Shown here piece after piece: positions 48,839 through 59,979 of a stretch of DNA of 64,000 bases. Location of the stretch: assembly GCA_045159875.1 (NCBI GenBank), contig CP067995.1, positions 1,248,001 through 1,312,000 of the forward strand, read 5' to 3'. Numbering within the stretch: the first letter of the stretch is position 1; each line of letters begins with the position of its first letter. The DNA comes from a cyanobacterium endosymbiont of Rhopalodia gibba (lineage in GTDB: Bacteria > Cyanobacteriota > Cyanobacteriia > Cyanobacteriales > Microcystaceae). Both the position numbers and the translations under genes were made by a program. The notes beneath the pieces were generated by a model. That model had not been told where the DNA came from. It made no database searches and saw only the letters and a list, made by a program, of their open reading frames with translations.

Positions 48839-49267
48839 ATGAAACTTAAAATCATCAAATTAAGAGAACAAGCAGTGATTCCTAGATATGAACATAACAA
48901 TGATTCAGGTCTTGATTTAATTTCCATAGAAGATGTAGAAATTAAATCAGGAGAAAGTCAATTAGTCAAAATAGGGATTTCTATTGAATTACCTCCAAAT
49001 ACTGAGGCGCAAATACGTCCCAGAAGTGGACTAGCATTAAAGCATAAAATCACTGTTTTAAATACGCCAGGGACTATCGATGAGGGATATCGAGGAGAGA
49101 TTGGAGTTATCTTAATTAATCATGGGAAAACATCTTTTCAAGTAATACAGGGAATGAGAATTGCTCAAATGGTTATTGCTCCAGTAATTCGAGTTAAAAT
49201 TGAAGAAGTAAATGATTTGAGTGATACAACCAGGGGACCTAAAGGATTTGGCTCAACTGGTTTTTAA
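48839..49267 (+). CDS. dut: dUTP diphosphatase
   Basis: [41 protein letters not shown]. Confidence 0.97.
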   Translation: MKLKIIKLREQAVIPRYEHNNDSGLDLISIEDVEIKSGESQLVKIGISIELPPNTEAQIRPRSGLALKHKITVLNTPGTIDEGYRGEIGVILINHGKTSFQVIQGMRIAQMVIAPVIRVKIEEVNDLSDTTRGPKGFGSTGF

Positions 49268-49348
49268 GTTATTTTCTAGGTAATTCAAATTAATAAATAA
49301 TTCCTAAAATAAAATAGTTAATTACAAAGAATAATTACAGAATAGACA

Positions 49349-49882
49349 ATGAAATTGTTAGAAGAACAACGACCAACCTGGGATGAATACTTTTTGATGA
49401 TCGCTAAACTAGCAGCGACGAGATCAACCTGTTTAGCATTTCCTGTCGGTGCAGTTATTGTCAAAGATCGACAAGTATTAGCCACAGGGTATAATGGTTC
49501 TCCTTCAGGATCAGTTCACTGTACTACCCAAGGATTTTGTTATAGAGAATTAAGTAGCTGTAATGCTTCTAGCAGCTTACCATCCCGTGCGGTTCATGCA
49601 GAAGCAAACGCAATCACCCAAGCAGCAAGACATGGAATTCCCACCGATGGTGCGGTTGTTTATATTACCTTAGAACCCTGTATTTCTTGTTTGAAATTAA
49701 TTATTTCTGCTGGGATAAAAAAAGTTTTCTACGAAACTGAATTTAATAGCGGGGATAAACTTTTGGTTAGAGATTCTTTTGTTAAAGATGGTTTAGTGAC
49801 TTTAACTCAAATTAGACTTTCTAAAAAAATGGCACAACGAGCCTCATTATTTTTATTAAATCCAATATCAATTGCTAATTAA
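49349..49882 (+). CDS. dCMP deaminase (ComEB family)
   Basis: RPTWDEYF, RSTC, VGAVIVKD, ATGYNG, and zinc motif HAEANA...PCISC. Confidence 0.93.
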   Translation: MKLLEEQRPTWDEYFLMIAKLAATRSTCLAFPVGAVIVKDRQVLATGYNGSPSGSVHCTTQGFCYRELSSCNASSSLPSRAVHAEANAITQAARHGIPTDGAVVYITLEPCISCLKLIISAGIKKVFYETEFNSGDKLLVRDSFVKDGLVTLTQIRLSKKMAQRASLFLLNPISIAN

Positions 49883-50094
49883 AAACAGAAAATTAAGTAA
49901 CTACAAGGAATGGTTATTAATGTTAAGAACATATCCTAATTAATGAAATTATTATCAATATAATCTCTATTGCTCAATTTTTTCCCTAATTGCATTTTTA
50001 CAATATACTTTAGATCTAAGTCCTAAGAGATTGTAAGTAGTATTATTCCCTCTTGAACCCTTACCTCTAATTTAAAACGGAGAGAAGTCTTGTC

Positions 50095-51144
50095 GTGAGT
50101 ATTTTATTAGCCGGAGATATTGGTGGAACCAAAACAAGTTTACGTGTAGTTGAATCAGAATCTCCTGATAATACAAACAACGTACCACAGCAAACAACCT
50201 TATATGAAAAAACCTATTCAAGTCAAAAATACTCCGATCTCGTGCCGATGATACAAGAATTTGTTCAAGAGGCAACTGAGAACTTAAATCAATCTTTTAA
50301 GGTAGAAAACGCTTGTTTTGGGATAGCAGGTCCTGTGGTGAATAATACGTCAGAACTAACCAATTTAAATTGGTATTTAGACGGTGCTCGCTTACGACAA
50401 GATCTATTCTTAAACAAGGTTACCCTAATCAATGACTATGCTGCCATCGGCTATGGCATTTTAGGACTAACTTCTGATGACTTGTTCATTTTACAAGACG
50501 TTCAGTCTGATCCCCAAGCCCCAATCGCCATTTTAGGAGCTGGAACTGGTTTAGGAGAATGCTTTTTAGTCCCTTTAACTGGAGGAAATCCTCTTGTTTG
50601 TGCTTCAGAAGGAGCTCACGTAGATTTTGCCCCTCGCTCCGTCCTAGAATTTGAATTACTTAACTATATCAGTGAAAAATATAATTTAGAGCGGGTATCG
50701 GTAGAAAGGGTAGTTTCAGGAAAGGGAATTGCCACTATTTATCAATTTTTACGTGATCGCTATCCCGATAAAGAATCAGAAACATTAGCTCAAATTTATC
50801 ATACTTGGCAAGAGAACTTCGATCAAAATACCGATTTATCGGCTGAAATTTCTAAAAAAGCCATAAAAAAAGACGATTACCTTTGTCAGCAAACGATGCA
50901 ATTGTTCGTTGAAGCATACGGTGCAGAAGCAGGGAACTTAGCCCTAAAATTATTACCCTACGGAGGATTATACGTTGTTGGCGGTTTTGCGTCCAAAATC
51001 TTACCTCTGATACGACAGGGAGACTTTCTTAAAGCATTTCATGCCAAGGGACGAATGAAAACGTTAATGCAAAAAATTCCTGTGTATATCGTTTTAAATC
51101 CTAAAGTTGGCCTAATTGGTGCTGCTTTATATGCGGCGAGATAA
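50095..51144 (+). CDS. glk: Glucokinase
   Basis: AGDIGGTKT, FGIAGPV, LIND, GAGTGLG, SEGAH.DF, SVERVVSG. Confidence 0.96.
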   Translation: MSILLAGDIGGTKTSLRVVESESPDNTNNVPQQTTLYEKTYSSQKYSDLVPMIQEFVQEATENLNQSFKVENACFGIAGPVVNNTSELTNLNWYLDGARLRQDLFLNKVTLINDYAAIGYGILGLTSDDLFILQDVQSDPQAPIAILGAGTGLGECFLVPLTGGNPLVCASEGAHVDFAPRSVLEFELLNYISEKYNLERVSVERVVSGKGIATIYQFLRDRYPDKESETLAQIYHTWQENFDQNTDLSAEISKKAIKKDDYLCQQTMQLFVEAYGAEAGNLALKLLPYGGLYVVGGFASKILPLIRQGDFLKAFHAKGRMKTLMQKIPVYIVLNPKVGLIGAALYAAR

Positions 51145-51225
51145 ATTAATAGACGCGATCACCACTGCCAATAACTGATAAGATTGTTTGAGTTACTCTT
51201 CATCAAAGAATTTTACCTCGCCTTG

Positions 51226-51690
51226 ATGGCAACTGTAACCTTACTTTCTAACGCGCCTGACATTTCAATCGATAATTACTGTGTTTTTGGCTTAGTAACC
51301 TGTTATCTAAAAGAAGATGGAAAATTTTTTGAAATTCAGGTAATAGAACCTATTCCTTCTGCTGCATTAGAAGCTATTTTGAAGGGTATTTTTACTTCCT
51401 ATCAATTAACCTGTGCAAGATCACTAGGAGAAGTTATAGAAAAAGAAGTATTATACAAACCCTTAGGATTTCCTGATAACGCCCAATTTTGTTTCAATTT
51501 TGCGGAAAGAGTCGCAAGAACAATACGAACTTATAAGATACGAACAAAAGTAAAATCTCATATTCCTGAAGGAACTTCCAGAAATGATTTTAACTATTCA
51601 TTAAAAAGAAAGCGAGTTTTTAATACGGTTAATGTTGTACGGAAAAAAGATAATGTGAAGCAGCATTCTCATGCACGTCAAATACTTTAA
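51226..51690 (+). CDS. Conserved cyanobacterial hypothetical protein
   Basis: Y.VFGL.TC...VIEPIPSAALEAI...RTY...DNVKQHSH pattern; co-oriented after glk. Confidence 0.75.
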   Translation: MATVTLLSNAPDISIDNYCVFGLVTCYLKEDGKFFEIQVIEPIPSAALEAILKGIFTSYQLTCARSLGEVIEKEVLYKPLGFPDNAQFCFNFAERVARTIRTYKIRTKVKSHIPEGTSRNDFNYSLKRKRVFNTVNVVRKKDNVKQHSHARQIL

Positions 51691-51787
51691 TTAAAGTAGT
51701 ACAGTAATCAGAAACAGACATAATCTCCTGTCAAATTAGCGATGTTAAGAGGAGATTCGTCGGTCTGTTTGTGAATAACAACTAAAT

Positions 51788-52990
51788 CTAAGTTTTGCTT
51801 ATACTTAGTTTTTGTTCTAACTGACGACTTGCTAAGGACATCAAATAACAGAATATCCAATAAATTACAGCAATAAATAAATAAACTTCTGCATAACGAC
51901 CAATAAACTTAGGGTTAGCTAGAATTGATTGAGAGATTCCTAATAAATCGACTAATCCGACAATAGCTAATAAAGAAGTATCCTTAAATAAACTAATAAA
52001 TTGACCAACAATAGTAGGAATAACAGCTTTCAATGCTTGGGGTAAGACAATTAATGTTGATACAAAGATTGTATTAAATCCTAATGCTTTGGCTGCTTCT
52101 ATTTGTCCTTTAGGAACTGATTGTAATCCCCCTCGGATATTTTCTGCCAAATAGGCCGAACTAAATAACGTTAACCCTGCAATCGCTCGAATTACCCGAT
52201 CAAGACGTACTTCCATAGGCAAAACTAGAGGTAACATAACCTGAGCCATGAAGAGAATACCAATTAAGGGTAAACCGCGAATTATTTCAATATAAGCAAT
52301 AGATAACCATCGAATTATAAGTAAATTACTTTGTCGTCCCAAGGCTAATAAAACTCCAAAAGGAAAAGATAGTGTAATACTTACAATAGCGGTTAACAGA
52401 GTTAGAATTAATCCACTTAAGTCATCCAGCCTAACAGTTTGAAAAAATAGTCCGCCTTGAAGTACCCAAAGAACAACAAAAAAGGTTGATAACCAGATTA
52501 ATCCTAACCAAGTTTTTAGAGTTGGAAATTCTTGTCCTAACTTTTGTCCCTCCCAACTACTGATAATCAATAAAATTAGTAATCCTAGAAGTGATAAGCT
52601 AGACTGAGTACTTACAGGAATAGCTAATAGAGAGAAAAACACTGCTAACAGAGAAAATAAACCAAGAGTAGCTGTATTAAACAGTTTAATTTTGCAGTAT
52701 AAAATTCCCCAGGAAAACCCAGCTAAAGTAACAACTATTCCTAGACTTAACCAAGCACGCCACAATAGATTAATGGGATATCTTCCTACAAAAAATAACC
52801 GTAAGTTTGCTTTAACGACTTCCCATTGCGCTTGGTTAAAAGACCAATGAATTAAACTTGAACTAATCCAGTATAAAAAAAGAATACTAATGAAAGTGAG
52901 AAGGATGTTATACCACGTACTAAAAAGATTCTTCTTTATCCAAATTAAAAGACTGATATTATACACAGGAGGTAAAAAAGAATTAGGCAT
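51788..52990 (-). CDS. Polar amino acid ABC transporter permease (NatH/AapM-like)
   Basis: YIEIIRGLPLI, EAA loop AYLAENIRGGLQSVPKGQIEAAKALG, FKDTSL. Confidence 0.93.
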   Translation of the reverse strand: MPNSFLPPVYNISLLIWIKKNLFSTWYNILLTFISILFLYWISSSLIHWSFNQAQWEVVKANLRLFFVGRYPINLLWRAWLSLGIVVTLAGFSWGILYCKIKLFNTATLGLFSLLAVFFSLLAIPVSTQSSLSLLGLLILLIISSWEGQKLGQEFPTLKTWLGLIWLSTFFVVLWVLQGGLFFQTVRLDDLSGLILTLLTAIVSITLSFPFGVLLALGRQSNLLIIRWLSIAYIEIIRGLPLIGILFMAQVMLPLVLPMEVRLDRVIRAIAGLTLFSSAYLAENIRGGLQSVPKGQIEAAKALGFNTIFVSTLIVLPQALKAVIPTIVGQFISLFKDTSLLAIVGLVDLLGISQSILANPKFIGRYAEVYLFIAVIYWIFCYLMSLASRQLEQKLSISKT

Positions 52991-53091
52991 AAGTTAGTAT
53001 TAGATACGAATCGGTTCTACCGAACTTAGGATGGTAAGCTGATAGTTGGGAATCAGGAACAAAAAATAGTATAAGGGAAAAGCTCAAAAAA

Positions 53092-53450
53092 ATGTCAGAT
53101 ATTAATTATTTTAAAGACCGAAAAATTTAGTAAAAAGGTTCGGATATTACTGTCAAAGACTGTCTCCTTACTAAAAATCTTCCAAAAAGTCGATATATGG
53201 TATAAGCTAACCAAAAAGGAGTGCTGCCTTAATTTTGGATGATATAGCAGGAGGATGTAGAAAACGATATAGGGAAGAATGTATTAATTTTTTTAAAAAA
53301 GTGCAAAGTTCTGTTGATGGAATAAAAAAACTAACCTCATTTTATCTAAAAAAGTAGCACTCTGATCTAGAAAAGAGGTGGAGATAATTCGTCCTTTAAT
53401 TACAAGAGAAAAGTAAAATAATTATTAGTCTTATCAGAAGATAAGGAATT
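53092..53450 (+). pseudogene. Four-helix-bundle (23S rRNA IVP / Avd-like) protein pseudogene, copy 2
   Basis: MSDINYFKDRKI**KG..., then RSAALILDDIAGGCRKRYREECINF (cf. RSAVSIPANIAEGYGR...EY.RF). Confidence 0.75.
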
Positions 53451-53882
53451 TAAAATATGTTCTCTGTTCTTAAAGTGTTAGTTTATATGACGGGTTTGAT
53501 CGAACATATAGATATTTTAAACTTTAAATAACTTAGAAATTATTAATTTTTTTTTAGTCAGATGCATAGTTGTCATTCTATATAATGGAATTATAAATTA
53601 AATTCGTTAAAAATTATAAAAGTTTTAATTTTTTTTAGATTATTTGGGACAAAATTTTAATAAGTAAAAGTTGAAATTTTTGTACTATAAGTTATTAACT
53701 ACTAACTTATAATGCTTGGTCGAGAAAAGCCACATTTTAAAATTTTTTCTTGTTATCTTACTAATTAACTACACAATGGTACCAGATAAATCATTTTAAA
53801 TACCTAAATAATTTGGCAAAAACTGAGACTTTATTCTAGAAATAATGATTGTTCTTCTTGAATTGTATAATAAGTCACTATC

Positions 53883-54458
53883 ATAACTCTTCAATTAGGT
53901 AATTTCGTTCCTGACTTTACTCAAAAATTTAGTGAGGGAACCATTTACTTTCATGAATAGGCAGGGAACAACTAGGTTATTCTATTTTCCAACCCGGCCG
54001 ATTGTACTCTTGTTTGTGTCCCAGAATTGGGGGCAGTTACTAGTCTCAAATCAGTAATTCAACAAATGTAATGCTAAAGTTCTGGCGTTGAACTTGTTGA
54101 TGTCAATTATCCTATGTTTGCTGATTGGGATCGCAAGTTTGTGACTTATATAGAATGATTCACCTAAATTTACTCAATAATCTGACAGTGTTTTAGGTGT
54201 TTATTATCGACTTCAACAAGAAACTACGCTTAACCATCACCTATCCAGCTAGTAGTGGACAAAATTTTTATGTAATTTTGCGGGTAATTGATTCTTTTGA
54301 GTTGACAGCTCATCATCAAGTTGCAACTCCTATGGTAAAAAAAAAGTGATTGTGTCGTTGTTTTTTCTCTTTTAGAGAGGAAACTAAATATGAATTTTCC
54401 CAAATAATTACCGCAATCAAACCATACTTACGTATGACTCCTTAACCCACTAAGTAGT
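53883..54458 (+). pseudogene. 1-Cys peroxiredoxin (Prx6) pseudogene
   Basis: TLQLGNFVPDFTQ...FHE*AGNN*VILFSNPADCTLVCVPELG (cf. FSHPADYTPVCTTELG), TYPASSGQNF..ILRVIDS and KPYLRMTP. Confidence 0.92.
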
Positions 54459-54579
54459 AATTTGTAAATAAAAGGGGTAGGTGTTATCAATCTCTTATGT
54501 CATCTTTTATTCATTAGAATATGGTTACTTCTCTTGGATTTGACATGAGAGATTATCTCAGCATATAGTAATCTCTTTT

Positions 54580-55454
54580 AAAGATTCTTAATTTTCCTGA
54601 TAAAATTGCTGAGTTTTAAGAATTTGATGACAAGAATAATTTTGGATTTCTTATAAAAAGAAGTCCTAACAAAACTTTCTCTAGTAAAGGAAATAACAGA
54701 AACATCTAAATATATTGTTGCACAAAAAGAACTAAACCTAAACTTAGGAACTACTTGATCACACACAAGCATGAAATCTACTGGACTGGACGTAAATATG
54801 CCCAGTAACTTTAATTAAACTTGACTTAAATTTTGATCAAAAATTTATTGTAATCCTGACTCTCCCAATGTTGATAAAATAATTTTTTCTATGGGTTAGT
54901 TTGCTTAAATTTTTATCTTAATTACGCTCCATTATCATTAAGATTTCCCCTGGTTTATCATACATCAATAATTTTATTCAATGCTGTTATTGGATTAGCT
55001 ATCGGTAGGAGAAACAGATGAGCACACTTTTGATAACACTGGCTAGTTAAATCGGGAATTTTTAAAAATTCTTCTTCTCATGCTTGATAGATAAAATCCC
55101 AGGCATGCTCATCATACAACAAAGAACCCCCACAGCCTTCTCCATATAAAGTTGACTTCTTAAACAATTAAAGTCTAAGTCTATTTTTTGAAAAAAATCC
55201 TGTGTTTTTTACCGAGTTATTGTGGTGTCTATTTTGAGACTATCAGATTGAATTATTCCGACATCAAATTTTCATAAACGCTAAATAAAATCTTTTGCAA
55301 TGTAAGACTCTAGTAACCAGCGAGGGTCAGTAGTAACTAGAATCAATAAAACACTGGGATTTAAGGTTTGAATAGCAGCAGTTAAAGAAAATAGACAAAC
55401 TGCATGACCAAAACCATGACTGGTTTCAGATAAATAGATCATAGATTTAGTCAT
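54580..55454 (-). pseudogene. Glycosyltransferase-like protein pseudogene
   Basis: MTKSMIYLSETSHGFGHAV...LILVTTDPRWLLESYI..DFI*R, with further stops and frameshifts. Confidence 0.75.
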
Positions 55455-55597
55455 GGTATTAAGTGTCTTGATTGTGTTGTTCCATAACCACGACTATGTA
55501 AACTTATCATATTGATCATACTGACAATTAACTTAACTGCTCTCTGGAATGAATAGCTGTCACAGTCAAAAAATACTTATTGTCAGGGCATAACAAA

Positions 55598-55669
55598 TGG
55601 GTCGCCTGGGATTCGAACCCAAGACCAATCGGTTAAAAGCCGAGTGCTCTACCGCTGAGCTAGCGACCC
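55598..55669 (-). tRNA. tRNA-Lys(UUU)
   Basis: GGGTCGCTAGCTCAGCGGTAGAGCACTCGGCTTTTAACCGATTGGTCTTGGGTTCGAATCCCAGGCGACCCA folds as a cloverleaf with anticodon TTT; CCA not encoded. Confidence 0.98.
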
Positions 55670-55815
55670 TCTGTGCTTTGTTACACACTGTGGCAAATGA
55701 TAACATCGATTTTAGAGAAGTGCAAGCCCTATTGAAGAACTCGCCTGAAACACTTAGGGAATTGACAGAGTTAGGGTTAGAAGACAGTAAGAAGTTGTGA
55801 CTTTTTTAAAAAAAC

Positions 55816-56688
55816 TTAAATTGATTCGACACGCATTGCAAATATTGCCTCGCAAGTTGCCCCAGGGTCAAGTTTTGTTAGGTTTTTGCCTGTATTCAAG
55901 GCATTACGGGGTGCTGTCCAAGGTTCAAGACACACGTAATCTTTTCCTTTGAGAGTCCAAAAAACAAAGGTAGAATAGATATCTGACCAACTGAGGATTA
56001 ATTTTAACTTTCGGTGCTCATCAGTCATGGTAGCTAAAGAACGAGTCAAAGACTGAAACCCCGCATCGATTTCGTTTTGGTTAAAGTCAAAAGTTCCGTC
56101 ATAGGAAAAAATCTTTTTAGTCGCTTGATCTTGATATTCTGAGGAGGGAATATCAAAGATAACTTTGCTTTTATCAGGAACATAATAATAAGGGTGAAAT
56201 CCAAAAGAAAAAGGCATTTTTTGCTCAGACTTATTAGCGCATTTTTGACGAATAATTAAAGAGTTACCCTTAAGTTCATAGGTAAAATCTAATTGAAAAT
56301 CAAAGGGATAAACTAGGCGGGTTTGTTCATTACTTTTTAGGGTTACAGTTAAACTAGCACAGTTATCTGTTCCATGTTGGGTTACTTCCCATGGTAAATC
56401 TCGAGCAAACCCATGTTGTTTAAGAGTGTAAGTTCTGTCGAGATAAGTATATGTATTATCATGAATATTTCCACAGATAGGGAAGAGAATAGGAACTCCA
56501 CCTCGAATACTCATTTCTGGTTTTAAAAACCGTTCTTTATCTAAGTAGAGAACATCTTGACCCTGTATTTTCCATAGTATAATAATGCCTCCTCGTTCAG
56601 GAACAACTGTTATTTGAGAGATAGCTTCAGAGTCTGAGAGAATATAGGTTAAATACTGTTCTTTTTTAAGAGTAACTGAAAATGCCAT
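55816..56688 (-). CDS. Aldose 1-epimerase family protein
   Basis: IRGGVPILFP, QHGFARD, FGFHPY, VCLEPW. Confidence 0.92.
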   Translation of the reverse strand: MAFSVTLKKEQYLTYILSDSEAISQITVVPERGGIIILWKIQGQDVLYLDKERFLKPEMSIRGGVPILFPICGNIHDNTYTYLDRTYTLKQHGFARDLPWEVTQHGTDNCASLTVTLKSNEQTRLVYPFDFQLDFTYELKGNSLIIRQKCANKSEQKMPFSFGFHPYYYVPDKSKVIFDIPSSEYQDQATKKIFSYDGTFDFNQNEIDAGFQSLTRSLATMTDEHRKLKLILSWSDIYSTFVFWTLKGKDYVCLEPWTAPRNALNTGKNLTKLDPGATCEAIFAMRVESI

Positions 56689-57145
56689 AACTTTTTTTGT
56701 CGATTCAATATTTTATAAACTTGACTTATGTCAAGAGCTTTATTATATAATAGACTAGGAATAAATAAAAGATATGAACAGGTAAACAGTAAACAATATC
56801 ATAATTATATTATCTTTTTAGAATTCTCTAACTTAAGATGTAAACCATTATGACTTCTAAGATTTACACTCTTTATTTAAGTCAAATAAATGGTAAATTA
56901 GGAAAACATTCTGTTACCAAATTTTAGGAATTACTTTTGGATAAACGGTTAAAAAACTTAATGAAAATGCTTAAGGTTCCTCGAGTAAAAACTTTAATGG
57001 TACAGTATGTTTGGACGCAGTCAAATATCAAATATAATCAAAAATCTCGTTATATCTCTTTAAAAATTATCGCCTTTGATAATTATTTTTACCGTCCCCT
57101 AAACAATGATTGGTGATATTTCTTCACACCTCTTGCAATCTATAT

Positions 57146-58335
57146 ATGTCCATTACTTTCTAAAGTAAAGCCAAAGCTCTCAACCTAAGAAATAACCGTC
57201 CGGACAAAGAGCTCTGTAGTAAGTGTGGATTATGCGATACTCACTACATCCGCCATATTAAAGAAGCTTGTGCTTTTCTTAATCAACAAATCAGCCAACT
57301 TGAAGAGATAACTCATGGTCGTAGTCACAATTTAAATGATGAAAACAACTAATATTTTGGAATTTATCAAGATATAACAGCTGCGCGAGAAAAACAGCAC
57401 ATCGAGGGAGCACAATGGACAGGCATTTTTAGTAATTACTTGTGAAATGTTGACTCAAGGATGGGTAGAGGGGGTTGTCTGTGTCTATCTACGATAGAAG
57501 AGCGTTTTTAACCCATCCCTATGATTGCTAGGATGACCGAAAAAACTTTAGCAGCTAGGATGAATAAACCCATTTTATCCCCAAACTTTTCTATTTTGGA
57601 ACAAATACAATAATCAAGGATACAATTATCATTAGTAATTGGGGTTGGTCGTCAAATTCAAGCGTTGCAAGCTGTAGAAAGAAAATTATCTTTGGAAAAG
57701 CTTTATATCTTGGGAATTCCTTGTGTTGACAATGTAACCCGTAACGGATTACGAAAGTTCCTTGAGACCATGAGGATATCTCCTGAAACCATTGTTAATT
57801 ATGACTTTATGCAGGACCTTCGTGTTCATTTCAAACACCAAGATGGGTCAATTGAAAAAGTACCTTTTTTTTGTTTAAAGATAAATAAACTGAAAGATGT
57901 TTTCGCTACCTCTTGCATGAGTTGTCTTGATTCTGTTAATACTTTAGCCAATTTAGTGGTCGGCTATATGGGGGCAGAATTCAGTTGGCAATGGGTGACC
58001 GTTCGCAATGAAACTGGACAGGAAATGTTACGGTTACTCAAAAACCAACTAGATACTAAAGCCCTAATTTTTAAGGTGAATAGAAAACAGGCAGTACAAC
58101 AAAGTATTTCGCCTATGATCAAGAAGTTACTCTGCCCATGTAGGCAGCAAAGTTAATAAGGATAGTCGTAGAAAAAGTTGGTCTAAAAGAATTAGAGTAT
58201 GCCCGCTTTTCTATGGACTCCGATTTCACCCGTAATTATCTTTATGTGAAACGCAACTATTCTCGAAAATTACCTGAGCATGTTCCCGAATTCGTTAAGC
58301 GAATTGTGGGGCAATATTAATTGCCAAAGAATTGA
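57146..58335 (+). pseudogene. bciB: Ferredoxin-dependent 8-vinyl chlorophyllide reductase (BciB / Slr1923-like, FrhB family) pseudogene
   Basis: KELCSKCGLCDTHYI.HIKEACAFLNQQI, EGAQWTGI, LGIPCVDNV, SCMSCLD...LVVGYMG and RNYLYVKRNY; several stops and frameshifts (the 57665 ORF is one fragment). Confidence 0.9.
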
Positions 58336-58583
58336 AAATATTTGATTTAGTCACTCAGTAACTTAATTATTAATCCCACTGCTTAGATCTTACTCAAAGT
58401 TCAGTGATCAGAGCACATGAGTATTTTAACTTAGTAAGCCATCTTAACGATCCCAAATTGGTCGGTATCAGCCCTACTCGTTCACTCAGATCTGTACTGA
58501 CGAGCATATCTTTTGAGTATTAACATCCGTTACAATGCCTAAAATAACAATTCTGAAAAAAAGATTTATTTGGTCATTATCCT

Positions 58584-59960
58584 ATGCCCAAGAGCCCTTT
58601 AAAACAGGCCATACATAGACTTCAGTCAGAACAAAGAAAATGGGCGGCTGTCGGTCAATATACGCCTAAACAGGTGAATCGATGGTTTAAATGGTTATCT
58701 CCTGGCCTCTTGGTCAAACGCTGGTTACTTATCAGTATTACCGGTCTAATCTTAACTTTTTTAGGATTAGCTGTTTTTCTTAAGTTAACTCCAGTGTATC
58801 GCTTGCTAGAGTTCATCTCTACCCTACTAGAATTTCTGACTACTTATGTTCCCAATTATATTTCTGGTCCGTTAGCGATTCTCTTCGGACTATTTTTGCT
58901 GTTATGGGGGCAAAGTCGTACTGTAGGATCAATTACCGAAGCATTGCATCCTGAAGGAAATCAAGAACTTGTCGATCTTCTTCTAGCCCACCGTCGTCGA
59001 AACCGAGGACCGAAAATAGTAACTATTGGAGGAGGAACTGGCCTTTCAACTCTGTTAAGAGGACTTAAACAATATAGTAGTAATATAACCGCTATTGTCA
59101 CCGTAACCGACGATGGCGGCTCATCCGGGCGGCTTAGACGGGAAATTGGTGTTCTTCCTCCAGGAGACATCCGCAACTGTGTTGCTGCTTTGGCAGATGA
59201 AGAAAAACTTTTAACGGAATTATTTCAATATCGTTTTCAGGCTGGGGATGGACTCACTGGGCACAGCTTTGGCAACTTGTTTCTTACGGCTTTAACCGAC
59301 ATTACCGGAGACCTGGAACAGGCGATTGCAGCTAGTTCTAAAGTTTTAGCTATACGAGGGAAAGTTCTACCAGCTACCCTTAATGATGTCCGTCTTTGGG
59401 CAGAGTTAAGTGATGGACGGTTCATTGAAGGAGAATCTAATATTACTGAAGCCAGGGGTAAAATTGAACGTATTGGCTGTATTCCTGCTCATCCTTTAGC
59501 CTTACCAGCGGCTATGAATGTTATTAAAGATGCAGATTACATTATCATCGGGCCTGGGAGTTTGTATACAAGTGTGATTCCTAATCTTTTGGTTCCAGAC
59601 ATTAGAAAGGCTTTGATTGAAGCAAAGGTTCCCCGGCTCTATATTTGTAATATCATGACCCAACCCGGAGAGACTGACGGCTATACTGTTAGTGATCACC
59701 TCAAAGCCATTGATCATGTTTGTCAACAACGGTTATTTGATGCAGTTTTAATTCAACGTAGACCTCCCTCTCCGAAAGCGTTAAAACGTTATGCCCTAGA
59801 AAACTGTCATCCTGTTTTTCCTGATCGTGAAGAGGTGGCTAAATTAGGCTGTCGTGTTATTTTAGGTAATGTGATGACCGAAGACGAAATTACCGGAAAG
59901 GTTAGCCATGACCCTCAGCGATTAGCTAAGGTTTTGTTACGCTGGTATAGTAGCAAGTAA
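58584..59960 (+). CDS. YvcK/GlmR (UPF0052) family protein with N-terminal membrane segment
   Basis: [50 protein letters not shown]. Confidence 0.93.
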   Translation: MPKSPLKQAIHRLQSEQRKWAAVGQYTPKQVNRWFKWLSPGLLVKRWLLISITGLILTFLGLAVFLKLTPVYRLLEFISTLLEFLTTYVPNYISGPLAILFGLFLLLWGQSRTVGSITEALHPEGNQELVDLLLAHRRRNRGPKIVTIGGGTGLSTLLRGLKQYSSNITAIVTVTDDGGSSGRLRREIGVLPPGDIRNCVAALADEEKLLTELFQYRFQAGDGLTGHSFGNLFLTALTDITGDLEQAIAASSKVLAIRGKVLPATLNDVRLWAELSDGRFIEGESNITEARGKIERIGCIPAHPLALPAAMNVIKDADYIIIGPGSLYTSVIPNLLVPDIRKALIEAKVPRLYICNIMTQPGETDGYTVSDHLKAIDHVCQQRLFDAVLIQRRPPSPKALKRYALENCHPVFPDREEVAKLGCRVILGNVMTEDEITGKVSHDPQRLAKVLLRWYSSK

Positions 59961-59979
59961 CAAGTAATTTTAATTAATA

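Noticed and set aside
44956..49882. Phage-type DNA hypermodification cluster (dCMP hydroxymethylase)
   Set aside because: The TS core has Asn at the dUMP-specificity position (WPAN), the partner genes fit ordinary dTTP synthesis, and no phage genes are present
55597..55800. 67-aa ORF MGRLGFEPKTNRLKAECSTAELAT...
   Set aside because: It is the antisense reading of tRNA-Lys
57665..58156. 163-aa ORF as a standalone gene
   Set aside because: Internal fragment of the frameshifted bciB pseudogene
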